DNA of 56,121 nucleotides, counting the filler, from Sphacelaria rigidula (Eukaryota): assembly GCA_964200075.2 (NCBI GenBank). It is 5 parts of 5 records of this genome, joined end to end, with 100 filler letters (N's around TTAATTAATTAA, not from the genome) between each part and the next. Parts side by side here need not be neighbours in the genome. Positions count along the whole stretch, not along the records: positions 22,491 to 33,634 come from CAXNAA020005327.1; positions 33,735 to 44,878 come from CAXNAA020005328.1; 3 more parts are not named here. One strand, written 5' to 3'. Each line of letters starts with the position of its first letter. The stretch's first letter is position 1. Below, piece after piece: positions 26,501 to 38,858 of the stretch. The notes under the pieces were generated by a model that was not told the origin of the DNA, ran no database searches, and saw nothing but the letters and a program-made list of their open reading frames with translations. The translations under genes and the position numbers were made by a program.

Positions 26501-29500
26501 CGGCCATAGTCATACCTACAAGCAAGCAGAGGCACACACAACTCGATCAGACCCTACTATTAAAAGCCGCTGTCTGAATCTCCTGCGCCACACGCACGCG
26601 CACGCGAAGTTTGCGTATCCCGGACGAGTAGTGAGAGCGCCACAGTAATATTTGCCAGCGCGACCACGAAGATTTTAGTCGCATATGCAAGTCTCGGATC
26701 CGCGCGATATAAGGCTTCAGCATGCATGGCAGGTTTTCTCAGGCAACGACTCAACCTCTCCACCCCTACCCCACCGAATACTTCGTGGGACAGAAGCAAT
26801 GTCTCCCACAATCGATTTTTGGTCGCTTCACTGAAGCCTGGTGCTTCAGGAATTCACACCGGTTTATTGCCCACAAACTGAGGAGCGGCGAAACTGCACA
26901 CGTGACCGGTAGGGTACCTTGAGGTGGATCATTCAACATCCTCGTTGCGGTGGAAGCACAAAATGATGACGCTGAAACACCGTGCCGTTTCCTTCCCCTA
27001 AGATGCACCAAACCCATACTCTACCTCGGTAGTGCTTCTGGAGGGCGTACGAGACGGCCTTCCTCAGAGCGTCCGCAGGCAGCGGCGGCACTTCTACTAT
27101 ATGACCGCTCAGCCAGCTCAACAGGGCTTGTCGGGGTTCGCCAGATATCACCAGCAACACTGCTCCTCTGGCCACCCGATCGGGGCCGTTCTTACGTTCA
27201 TCGGGCCTGGTGATTTAGGCGGGGCGGGGTAGATTATCTGGCGCTGCTTGATCTGTTGCTTGCGTGTATGCTTTCGTTGTAAAAGTTACAGAACAATCCG
27301 AGCCACATTAGATATCGTTCGAGTCACACCGTAGTAGCTTTTTCCTGGGAAAATCGATATTGGTTCAGAGGGTGCTGTGGGAGAGACGTAAGGCGTGCTG
27401 AGAATCTAGATTTCGTTCTAATGTGCGGCAGGGATTGTGAATTCGTAGGTTGCTCTAGCGGAAAGTGAGACGGTAATGGGCATGTTCTGAGGTAGTCACA
27501 CACCACTCATCTCAGTGCCTCTGGGGCACGCTGCAATTGCTGGAAGTAGCAACCACGACCGGCAACCTGTTCACAAACGATTCCCTCGGAAATATTGCCG
27601 GCCATCAGGTCTCTTCAGGAGCAATGCTACTGTAGGAGTTGCACTTTTTGTTTCTGGGGCTCTTCTTGTTGGAGCACAAATATATGGAGATTCCTGTGCA
27701 ACCCAACTCTCCGGGGACCGGACTCCCAGAAAGATGGTGTTTGCACGCAGGGGTCTTTTCGTGAATCGGCATTATCTTCTGTCATTTTCTAGCAAAAGTG
27801 ATGCCAATTCACAAAATGATCCATCCTACACGACGAGCAGCTCCGAGAAACATTTTTGCTGAGAACGTGTGCAGCCCCTACCGTAGCATCACTCCCAGGC
27901 GTATCAACAGGAATAATCAGCATAATCACCTGGAACCTTTGCCATCCCCACCCAACCCACCGCCGCCGGCAAAAGTGTCTTCTCCATCATTCTCCAACAC
28001 CTTAGACCGCAGGTGCCCTAAAAGCTCAAATTGGGTACTGTACGACAGGCGATGTACATCTGCGATCACGAAGACTCCCTCATCGGTATCACCGGCAACC
28101 AACTCTACTCCCCTCTTCTCCCCAAGCCCATCCTCCGCAGCGACACCGGTGAGTTTCTCTCTTCCAGTACGGGTGGCAGCGGCCGTCCGCGATCGTCTCG
28201 CGGCGAATCTTCTCACGACAAGCTCCAATTCCTCTTCGGTAGTGTTGGATGTGCAAAACACTACTTCACCGGGTTGCGGTAGCCTACCCCTCCTCACGTA
28301 CAAGGAGAGCACGGCAGGGATTACTTCTTCATGTCCCGCAGTACATGCAGCGAATATACACTGCCCTCCACCGCCCCTACCCTCGCCACCACCTGGCTGG
28401 TCAACACCAATTCCACTTGCATCATCGCCGCTGCCGAGATTATGACTCTCAATCATCTTTGCGGTGGCAGTTTTCGCGGCAAATGTCATCGTGGTAGCCA
28501 CCAGAGGGTCCCATAGATGGGGCGTTTCCGGTAGCGGTGCGGGTACGTTCCGCTTAGCGGCAGCGATGGATCCATAGTTGCAACCCGCTGCATCTGAACT
28601 GTTTTGTGGCTGCAGCGCAATTGTAAGAGCTTCACCGAAGCTGTCTAGCATGTTTTCCATGACTCCGGTGTTTCTCTCGCCCGTATCGGATTGGTCTCCA
28701 CTATAGGGCGTTGTCGGCCTGATCCACAGTCTGAGTAGCATCATAGCCACGTCATGCTCGAGCTCGCGGTCGGTTGCGGGCACGACTAGGCGCAGGGTAG
28801 GCTGGAGTGCCGATATTGCTTCCTGGACATCCATGGGCTCTCTGAGTGATGTGCTGGTTAAACGGTGGCCGCTTAGCCGCAAAACGTCTTGCATGGTAAA
28901 ATGATTCACCAGTGGCCACCTGCGAACGGTGTCGGCCGGCGGTGGTAGTAACACGAGCAGTTTCGGCGAACACTGGTTGACAAAGACTAGAAGTAACGAT
29001 GAATTGTCGCGCTGCATGATACCGAAGGTGTGATCAACAAGCCCCAAGACTGCATCACACTACCATTGGGGGAGTTCGATTGTCAGTGAATCGTGCGTCC
29101 TTGGTGTGTGCTACGGTCTAACGCATACCAAGGTATGTTTGCACATCTGTCTCAAATGATATATATTTACACTTTTCGGTATATCCTAGACTGTGAAACC
29201 GTCCATCTACCATACGGAAGAAACCTAAAAAAAACGTCACCAAGCGCGAATACCAGAGGACAAAGCAAAGGGTTGGGCTCACCTTTCTCTAGCTTTCATG
29301 ACCAGCGCAGTCCATGTTTCGGCCCCGAAGCGCACGTCCTGAAGGGCCTCTACTACTGCGTCTTCTCCTTCCAGTTCGAATCGTCGCCTGTGACTCGGCA
29401 GCAAGCAGCGAAGAAGTCCTTGATCGTTACGATATCCACTGTGATACATTATTGAATTCTTTCGGCGCCATGTACGTCGCGTATGAATCACGCTGGGACT

Positions 29501-32500
29501 CACGAATATTCCCTGGTGCTAGCCTGTCCGGGGCGCTAATCGCGGCTCCAAGAAAAAGTGTCTGATATATCTGCGGAGATGTGTGCACACGTGGTCATCA
29601 CAGATAAGTCGACTTCATTCTGCCTAGCTCTAGAGCCGGCGAAAAAGCGATCTCAAACGTCGCCACATCAGGGATATATCAGCGTGCCTACCTTATTTCC
29701 CACTCTCCCTGGTAGCTGGGGTGACCGGCTTCGCACAGGCCTTGGACGGTGTAGAGAATATCCGCCATAACCTGATGGACGTATATCCCCAATCGCATCA
29801 CGAGGGCACCAAGCTTCGGACAGAATTACCCAGGGCTAAGAAAATCGATCGCTTGTTGACATGGACCGTGGTTGCAACTCTAGTGACGATATTCAGAACT
29901 TATTCAGGGCAGAAGTCATCGAGGTCATGCTATACGACTGTGTGACCTGCATGCTCTCAGTCAATGATTCCCGCACCTTTCGGAAAAGCCCACCGCGGGT
30001 TCCTGCTGTGATGACTCAATCAGCATACCTCAACCCGCAGTGCTCCCGACGACTACACGCTGTCATATTACGAGGTTCTCGAAAGGACTGGCTGCAATTT
30101 TATCGAGGCTACTGCGACGAGACAAATCATACTATTTGCCGACCACGTTGCGCGCATGCGTGAACAACGCCCCCTCGGAATCGTCATGAGTAAAGAAATG
30201 GCCGTCGGGAAGAGGATGACAGGCCGACCCGCGGAATGCATGTGACACCATGTCACTGGGTACTCCTCTGACGTCGGAAAGGACGAGACGTCATCAATGC
30301 AGATCGCCTGAGATGTTTCCGGATGGTACTGGGTCATAGAGGGGACTGAGATCTACATGGCAAACTAGACCACCACGTAAGTGAACGCGATCAGCGCGCG
30401 CCGTGCAAATAAACTCTTTGCCTTGTTACGAACAGAGGTTCCTCTGTGCTGATGGTCGCCGAAATGTCACAAGGAGCCCACCGGCAGTGTGCTCGCTGGT
30501 GCGTCTGCCGTCTCCCTCAAACCTTTGTTGCTTCTCTCCGTGGGTACCTGAGGATATTGTTCAGCTCTCACTTGGTGATCAAAATAATACCCTCCTGTCG
30601 TGTGCTGCTTGTTGCCCTACTTGCAACAACATCTCTCGAGTTTCTTGACTTTATTGGCAGATTTGACTTGTTTTGTTTTCACCACCCGGCGACCAACTCG
30701 GGGAGAGGTTCCTCTCTTCTGTTATCTTGACGTCTCTCGCTGTTGTTGCTCCATCTTGCTTTGCTTCGGAGTCTCAAAAGAAGCCCCTCAGTAAGCCCTT
30801 CTATCTCATGTACGGAATAGTAGTGGAGATACTGGAAAGATGAGCCTACGTCTATGACCAAGGGTTCGAGAGGTCAGGCTAATGCGTGCGAAAGTTATAA
30901 GAAAAGGCAAGGGAAACGTCGCAGAAACTCAAGTCTCAAATGTCGTACAACTTTACACCTGAAGTTGAGTATTCAAGCCTTCCACGGCAGCTTGCACGCC
31001 GTGCCCCCGATCTTTCTTCCAGCGAATCTCTTCACTCGGGGGTACCTCCATAATCGCCAGTCGGGCGCGTAGACCTAGCAACTCCTCTTTACTCTTCGTG
31101 CTCAAAAGTTCGTCCGATTCGTCCTCCGCCAGAAGATCAAGCGAGAGAGAGAACGACAGTTGACCGCAGCCGCCGCCGCCACAATATTCTCGGGAATATC
31201 TCATGGCGGCAGATTCCCCAGCACGAATGACAAATGTTCCGCGATCCAGGATATTCCCGAGAAGCCGGAGAGCTTGGATGCCCGGAGATACTGTTTGTTT
31301 CTCGAACAGCTGAGAAAGTGGGTAGAAGAACGCGCCCAGCATTCACGGCGACGAAGGCAGCCATGAGTAGACTATACCTCAACCTCTTAGCAACTAACGC
31401 CCTACATAACGAGCCGTGTGTGAAGGCGGGTTACACAGAGGCATCAGCACGAGAAAAGTAGGCAATTTCCCGGAGAAACGAGCATGTGAATTCTAGTATG
31501 CGTATTTCGGCACACATTGTGGGTCCAAGCATGGGGGGTGTGAACACTAACGATCAGCATTCGAACACGCATATTTTTCGTGCAAATAGCTCTAGGTCTT
31601 GAAGGGCTAACTAAGCGTGAGTAAGTTATCGATCCACGATGCCACGATTTCGATCGAATAGGAAAAAGCAAAGTGACAGCTTGCGTTGTGTGGTGCCCAG
31701 TCGTTTCGAATAATGTAGTGCTGACTGCCTTAAGCAGAAACTTCTGCGGCGAAAAGCTCGTTGTATGCCGCCGACTGTTTCCTCAATCCTGCTGAGCGAC
31801 GACCTGCCCTACATTACGATAACAACAACCTCATCATGCAAAGGCAAGATCTCATGCGCAAGCAATCGATTGTGATATCGCCCTTCGTGTTCCCTACCGA
31901 GCAAACTGCAATCCAATATCCAGATGCCTCCGATACTGGTGAAGCCGTGAAAATTCTATCTACTCCAACTCCAGTGAGCTGGACCCGTCAAAATAGCTGG
32001 TCGTATGAAGTGCAATTGTGTTTTAACCTATTGGGTGTGCTGAGGAAGCGCTGCGGAAGATGCTCAACTCAGGATTCCTATGGATGATTCTTCTTTATGT
32101 AGGGAACGGTTGCGTATAATGTTCTCTTTTGTAAGGGGAAGCACTTCCGCGTTAGATATAAAATATGGAAAAAGCATGCGGTAAAAGTAAATTACATGCA
32201 ATCGCAATACATCGATTGTGTGGTGAACAGAGTACCAAGTCACGATGTTAACAGAGAGAGGGATTCGACTATGCACCTGAAATCAGGGCTGAAGATCGGT
32301 GCGGCATCAAACCGTGAAAAACGACACGCAGTTGTAAATTTTGAGTCCCACATCAAGTTCTCACCTCCACCAAACCTCTAAATCTGCCGATCACATTGGC
32401 AACGTGCCAAACCGGACTTCCCTCTTTCTCGGCAGTCGAAGAGCTAAGACCCTCAGCCTCCGGTGTATCGCTGTGGTCATACTCTGCCAGTTGTACTGTG

Positions 32501-32901
32501 GAGAATGCACTCAAGAGCTCATCCAGGCCATTGAACGGTTTGTCAGGAAACAACACCGTGCTCAGCCTGTGATCCCCGCCAAGCACCGTCGAAGATTGAG
32601 CGAGGGCAGGGAGAGATTTGATGTAGTGAGCAGATTGATGCACCGCGCTACACGAGCTCTGGGGAAACCCCACCACAACACACAGCACTACATGACAAAT
32701 CTCAGACAAAACAACATGCCTTGTATCCCCTACCCCTTCCCAACAAAATCCCAAGCTCTCTCCAATGCTTTGCCGGTAACCAGTCGGAACTTGCCTCTCA
32801 CGGATCTCAACGAGCGAAGCGATAGACGAAAGGAGTCCGGGGTCGTCCGTGCAGGATCGACATACTTCTAGCGACTCCTTGAAGTTTTTGTCCGGTGGAT
32901 G
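23517..32901 (-). CDS. RNF213/mysterin-like giant AAA+ ATPase, internal fragment. Exons in transcript order 32901-32365 (possibly split by intron 32794-32567), 31309-30959, 29771-29692, 29387-29283, 28919-27930, 27206-27025, 26515-26451, 25841-25645, 25084-24952, 24139-24039, 23669-about 23517
   Basis: Phase-compatible GT-AG exon chain. Motifs appear in the order recalled for RNF213: LCEAGHPSY; RWPLVNHFT; RLPQPGEVVFCTSNTTEEELELVVRRF; FVIADVHRLSY; Walker A SDTNGGGKTHY; AVHLDLGH...NTFLFQLLIEG; IFFVEVPN; ECFQLL. Confidence 0.8.
27630..27883. mobile_element. MITE, same family as 2746-3008, in an intron of the RNF213-like gene
   Basis: TA|CTGTAGG...CCCTACCG|TA; the body resembles the reverse complement of 2746-3008. 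Confidence 0.75.
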
Positions 32902-33070
32902 CTGCAGGTCGGTGTCATCGATCATTGGGGACGCACGTGTTGCCCATGACATGCAGATGCGTATCTTTCAAACAAGAATTTGACTGGACAAAGATCGCGA
33001 GAGATGTGCCCGCTCGATGCATTGAAAGATGTTCAACAACGAAAACCTCGCGAAATTCACTCTTCCCCGC

Positions 33071-33072
<2 letters not shown>

Positions 33073-33129
<57 letters not shown>
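33073..33129. repeat. (TG)n microsatellite, about 28 units
   Basis: Perfect dinucleotide run. Confidence 0.97.
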
Positions 33130-33131
<2 letters not shown>

Positions 33132-33634
33132 TTTTTGAAGGGTTTGACGGTATGGTTCGGCGACTAACCCTTTAGGCGCGGGACCCCCTTCCGGAATAAT
33201 ATTGTTGACTTACTTTCAACGCCAGCGTACGCAACCCTGCGGTTGAGCATGACACTTTCTACGCCCCCCCCCCAAATCAGCCCAAAAGTGTCACGAAAAA
33301 ATTGCCATACAGCGCCTGATGTTTGGGTTCAGGCTGCATGAAGCGCCTCATATTAGCGACATTGGAAAGAACGAACCCGAGCGTGAGAATTCCCAGCTGG
33401 TCGTTGTGCTCGGCTTTTACCATTCCGATTTACGTGAAGATTTTGGGGGGGGCTATCGTAGAAAGTGTCGCAGGATCTCTCTGCTTGCGAGTATCGCCTT
33501 CAGAGACAAAATGCCTTGCAGTCCGTCGTCCCTGAACCGGGATTCACGCAATATTTTTCAATCAATAACAACAAATTGTGAGAATTGAGGTTTAACTTCG
33601 AGATGAGGCTCAAGCCTAAAACAGTGCTTTCCCC

Positions 33635-33734
33635 NNNNNNNNNNNNNNNNNNNNNNNNNNNNNNNNNNNNNNNNNNNNTTAATTAATTAANNNNNNNNNN
33701 NNNNNNNNNNNNNNNNNNNNNNNNNNNNNNNNNN
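33635..33734. other. Artificial scaffold-joining spacer
   Basis: N44-TTAATTAATTAA-N44. Confidence 0.97.
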
Positions 33735-35824
33735 CATCCTCAATGAAAAGCACCATCCTCAACATAGATGATCGGCTGTTAATTCCTGCGACAGTTTTTT
33801 TTCTTGAATTGGATTCATTCAGGCGAATCGACCGACAAAAAATCATGAATAAACGTTTGTTGTTGTTGTTGTTGCTGTTGTTTTCTTGTCAAAACGATAG
33901 CGTTAACATTACCACCCAAGCTCGAACATGAGGCCCTCCGAGTGCCCTCGGGCAGGCGGGACAAAGATACATGCAGCTGTTGTTCTCCAGGCGAAATGTG
34001 CGTTGCTTTTTGCTCGAACCGGCGCCTACAGCGCATTTTGAACTGTAAAGGCAAGGTATCTTCCAGTTGAGAGGACCTCTGGTCTCGGGCTTTGAACCCC
34101 GAGATCCCCTCGTAATGTCTGGGACACTTTCGTATGACTGCCGCCTTAGTCGGAAGAATCAGAAACATTAATGTCGCGATTGACGGGAAATCCTGTTTTG
34201 CTGAAAAGTCAGTGGAGTGTTCGGGGAGTCAAAGATCGGCTCTTCGTGCCGAGCAAACCTGGAATTGGGTTCTCCAGGTTCTTCGTCTGAGTTCAGGTGG
34301 TTGAGATGGAGGTTGACCTTTTATCGGCAGGGCTGCGGAAGACTGGAGTAATGACGGCGGCAGTCATTTCTCACGCCGTCTTCGAGAGTGGGGAGACGAA
34401 ATTTCAAAATTTGACGCACGTGCTCTTCTTCAAGGCATGCCCGAGGTCGCCAGTTTGTGGGCCTAAATAGGTCCGATCGCCTTCACCGGTTTCTTGGCGT
34501 GCCCTTTCGGGGTCCGCGGGATTGCTTGGTTTCGGTCGGCTTCACCGGATTCTTGGCGTACCCGACCGTTTCGCGGACCACGGAAGGGGACGGCAAGCAA
34601 CGGGTGCAACAACCGACCGAAACTCGTGAAGCTTCATACCTGGCGACCGCGGGCTTGCCTTTAAACATGTGCGTAAAAATTTCGTTTCCCCCAACTCTGG
34701 AAAACGACGCGAGAAATTGAGCGAACATGAAATTGTTCCGAGAATGTGTTGGAGGCTAGTAGTCCCCGAGGATCCCCAAAATCACATTTGGTGAATGTCT
34801 ATATTCATTTACAAGTGTTGAAAAAAGGAAGCTCCACACACGTGCCCCTGGTGACTAACTCGAAACCGTTAGTAGGTGTGTTCATTCAACCTCGCTAGTT
34901 TTCGCAGGTTTCTTGGGGTTTCTGGCCAGTTCTGGCGGCTGGGTATCCCGACAAAACGGTGAACACGAACCAGGGGAGAATATCCAATCACTAGCCACGT
35001 TAATCCTTAGACAGCACGCTTCGCCTCGGAATAGTTTCACAGGCTGACAGTCCGGAGACATCCAGGGGTGTTCAGGGGGGGGGAGGGGGAGGGGGGGGAA
35101 TGTCTGTCCGTAGAGCAGCCGGAAGGCGCACAAAGTGTGTAATTGGAAGTTTCCGGCGGAAGATTCCAAGCCAGGAACGAGGCCCGAGAGGCGTGGAATG
35201 ACTATTCTGACCTATCACGACTGTCGAAATGGTCACGTTGTCCCCCTACATGTGGACTACAAGTGGAGTACTTGGCTTTCTAGCGGTATTTCTCATGTTG
35301 GTCATGGCAGTTCAACCATGGACTAATGACATTGGCACAAGTAACGTGTTTTTGCTCTGCTCGTGGGCTATGCCGCATGTCTGACCCTCCATGTGTTGCC
35401 AGCATAGCTTCACACTGTTGTGTTGTGGTGAAACAGACATCAGCATCATGCAGTAGACTGTGTTCAGTGGAGAGCTATGACATGCTGACCGTTTCTTGCC
35501 GTTGTATCCAGCGCAGACCTGCAGCACACATACTGACTCTGCTCGCGATGAGCTGCAGGATCGATCAGGGGTTCTCCGGGACTATTTTCTATATACTTGC
35601 CCAACATCCAGATGTTTATGGGAGAGGCGTTTTGGGTAGCGAAAAAAAAGCTGTTTTGGACCCCGAATGTGGCACTGTCCAACTCATTACACCTGCGGGG
35701 GGGGGGGGGGGGGGGGGACTTCTTTTTTTTCTGCCTTTTTCGTTTGACCCATGCCCCNNNNNNNNNNGGGAGCGTGGGTCTGCCTCTTTTGTTGCTTGCC
35801 TTAGTCGTTTGACCATTGACCTGC

Positions 35825-36161
35825 GGGGGGAGGGGGAGGGCGCGTACTCATTCGTTGCTAGCCTTGGTCGTTTGACCATTGACCACGCATCCCTTTCGGG
35901 ACGAACCACCATTCCTACTCCCAATAGAGATACCTCTATCATTCCGGCGCCCATTACGTTTCTTCCATACATGACACAAAACCGTTTACGTATCTTCTCC
36001 CAGTCGTGTTTCGCCGTCTGTGGCCACCATATGTCTACAAGTATAACCATCGGTTTCTCTCCACTGTCTGGTGCATCGAACGAATCCACACCACCTTCGT
36101 TTACGTCCCGCATTTCCCCCTCTAGCGCATTCCGTTCCTTCTTTTATAGTCCACATTCTGC
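35825..36161 (-). mobile_element. Decayed 3' end of a non-LTR retrotransposon (family L), longest copy in the window
   Basis: Translates to a degenerate ORF2-like C-terminus (ECGL*KKERNALEGEMR...DIWWPQTAK... then GCVVNGQTTKAS after a frameshift), followed by ATGAGTAC and a C run. Shorter copies with the same 3' end lie at 3625-3680, 8713-8790, 35768-35820, 42025-42200 and 44979-45060. Confidence 0.65.
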
Positions 36162-37309
36162 AAGTCGCCCTGCGGGGGAGGGTCGCTCTCTAAGGGTTTA
36201 AGCTCTACGCAGGAACTCGTGTGCGAATAGCGGTTCAATGAGTTATTAAAAAAGCGGGCCAAGAAATGCAGCAAATGTACCTCTTTCTATTTTGAGAATG
36301 TGGGGCAACAGTGAAGTGGCATGAAGTCGTGATTAGGGTAAAGTTCTCATTCACTTGTTACCTCGGGCATGTCAAGGAATACGTGTCCGCAAAATTATTT
36401 CTTCCATTTCCGGAAATCGACCGTCTCAGAAAAAAGGAAACATGAAATTCTTCTCGGAATGTGAGGCATCCGATGGCTATGGACCCCAAAAAAACGGTAA
36501 AACTGAGGATGAAGAATCAAACCTTACTCACAGACCCTTACCGGCGCCCTGGACAAAAATGCAGTGAACGAGAAAATGTTCCGAGATTGCTAAGTGCACG
36601 TTGGGGTTACGGCAGGGAAATCGCACCCCGTATTGTAGACTATGGGCGATTGATTCTATATGTGATTCAACCCTCCTCCGAGGCTGTATTACTGACTTCT
36701 GTAGTAGCTATGATCGGCACCGCACCCTTCCTAAGGCCAAGTGTCACCACGGTTCCCGGCGCGCATCTCGTACCAAAAACATGCGGCGCATCTACCAGAA
36801 GTTGACCGCCAAACCAGCGGCGTGGTTGCTTTTCGGAGATGCACTTCGCCTTGAACTCGCACACTTTGAGACCCCCTGTTTTGCACGTCTATATTGTAGC
36901 ACCCCGTCACACAACCCGGCACGGAGAAGGAAGCGACGTCACAACGTATGTACCTCACATGCATACATGGCACTCTTTGCACGCTTGAAGTTTGTCTGGA
37001 TCTGCTTCGTGTGCGCTGACAAAGCATTGGCCGACAGTAGTTCGGTTTCTTGGGCGCATCAACGGAGATCACCGGACAGCCGGAGAAGCGATAAGTATGT
37101 GTGCGGCTCCAGTGATGCGACTGTGAAATGTTGGATCCTGTCACTGGTACACGCAGACGGAGATGCCATAAATTTACCTCGGTCGCAGAAGTTGCGGCAC
37201 TACTCACGAACGGCGCGTGACGAGGAGCTGGTAGACCACGACACCACAATTATGATAACGCTCTGGCTAGGCTTGTACCGATTGTGCTATTAAGGCCGGA
37301 TGTTATTGT

Positions 37310-38249
37310 ACACAGATTTTTGGCCCATGGATTGTTCACTTTTGGGACGTTTGAGCCACTTTTTGACCCCCAAACAGGGAAAACCGCCAACACACGTCTT
37401 GGACACTTTGTCTCACCCCACTGAGAGGAACTTAGCCCACTTTCCAGATTCGCTTGGCTCCAAGGTTTCGAGAGCAGACGCTAGGGCCGCTCCTTATAAT
37501 GGACAAAAATAAAAATCTCGAAAAGCGCCTTTTTCGAGCTTTTATATCGTTTTACGCCCCAAAAGACAGCTAGTCGGAGTTTGACACCCTGGAATGACTC
37601 GCTCTACTAGTTGAGGCGGTTCCAGGACATCTTCTCATTTTCCGGTGACCGCAGTTTTCATTTTGGCCGAACAAATTTTTTTGGCCAAGAACGGTGAAAA
37701 ACAGTCGAATCTAGAAAAAAATCGCCACTTTTCTCTGGACGTGACTGACTTTTACCGTTCTTGGACAAAAAAAATGTTTGGCTAAAGTGAATACTGCGGC
37801 TACCGGGAAACGGGAAGATGTCGTGGAACCGCCGCAACTAGTAGACTACGTCATTCCAAGATGTCAAACTCCGCCTAGTTCTCTTTTGGGGCGTTGAACG
37901 ACGTGAAAGCTCCAAAAGGGCACTTTTTTAAATTTTTATTCTTGTCTATTTTAAGGAGCGGCCTGAACAACAATCCGTGTGCAATAATAGCTACAGCGAT
38001 TTCCACAGATTAGTGGACAAACTGGCGGGGTGATCGGCAAACACAGCTTTTTTCACACGAATTATTGTTCAGCGGCCAATCTCGAAACCTCGGAGCCAAG
38101 CAAATCTGACAAGCAGACTAGGCTCCTCTCGTGGTGTGATGCAAAGTGTCAAACACGTGTGTTGACGATTTTCCCTGCCTGGGGATTCAAAACTGGGTCA
38201 AACGTCAAATGTCCCAAAAGTGAAGAATCCGTGGGCCAAAAATCTGTGT
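37310..38249. mobile_element. About 940-bp foldback element
   Basis: 37310-37472 pairs with 38080-38249, and 37485-37705 pairs with 37745-37963 (imperfect). Confidence 0.8.
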
Positions 38250-38858
38250 GCCATACTACGAGCATAATTTCGAGCATAATTTCACGTTGAAAGCATTAAA
38301 GGCAAAGCGATCCGGTAAGGAGCATAAATGGCACAGGATTTCAGCGAGTAGCACGAAGAAGAATGGTATACACATTACTAGCATAATCGAGCATAATTTT
38401 CCGTCGATGGGCTGGTAAGCTAGCCTTATATGCTTGCCTCCTCCCATATTTTGGGCGAATAGCTACGATTGACTCAATCTCAAGAAAATTAGTTGACTCT
38501 ACTGACAAGACGAGCACGGGCTTCTAAGTACTACAGTTTTCCTCTCCTATCTCTGTGGGGGGAAGGTTTCGGACGTTCCCGACGTTGCGCAACCCCGCTC
38601 CCATAAGCGGCTTCCACGAAAGGTCATCCTCCAGCACGAGGCAGCGTGCCATCTCGCTTGTCCCTACAACGGGACCGCTCTGTCCCGAGCATCTTTTATG
38701 TGCTGCACGGTCACTCCGTTGCATCCACCAGCGCCGACTTGACGATCAGAGCACAAATAGCGCGCCCCCCACCTTGGATGACCAGTCTTCTGCAGGAGAG
38801 CTTAGTGTCTTGTATATGAGAAGAGACGTCTGTGACTTACTCATGTATCCGTTATATA

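Noticed and set aside
27798-28445. 215-aa plus-strand ORF and similar ORFs at 32341-32871, 40158-40881 and 52699-53155
   Set aside because: These are antisense or alternate-frame shadows of GC-rich real exons.
28920-29047. N-terminal part of the 373-aa ORF as coding, with its own start
   Set aside because: A phase-compatible acceptor at 28919/28920 joins the upstream exon, so this part is probably intron.
36601-37293. 230-aa ORF as a gene
   Set aside because: No recognisable motifs and an atypical composition; no consistent exon chain to the HET-like exon could be built.
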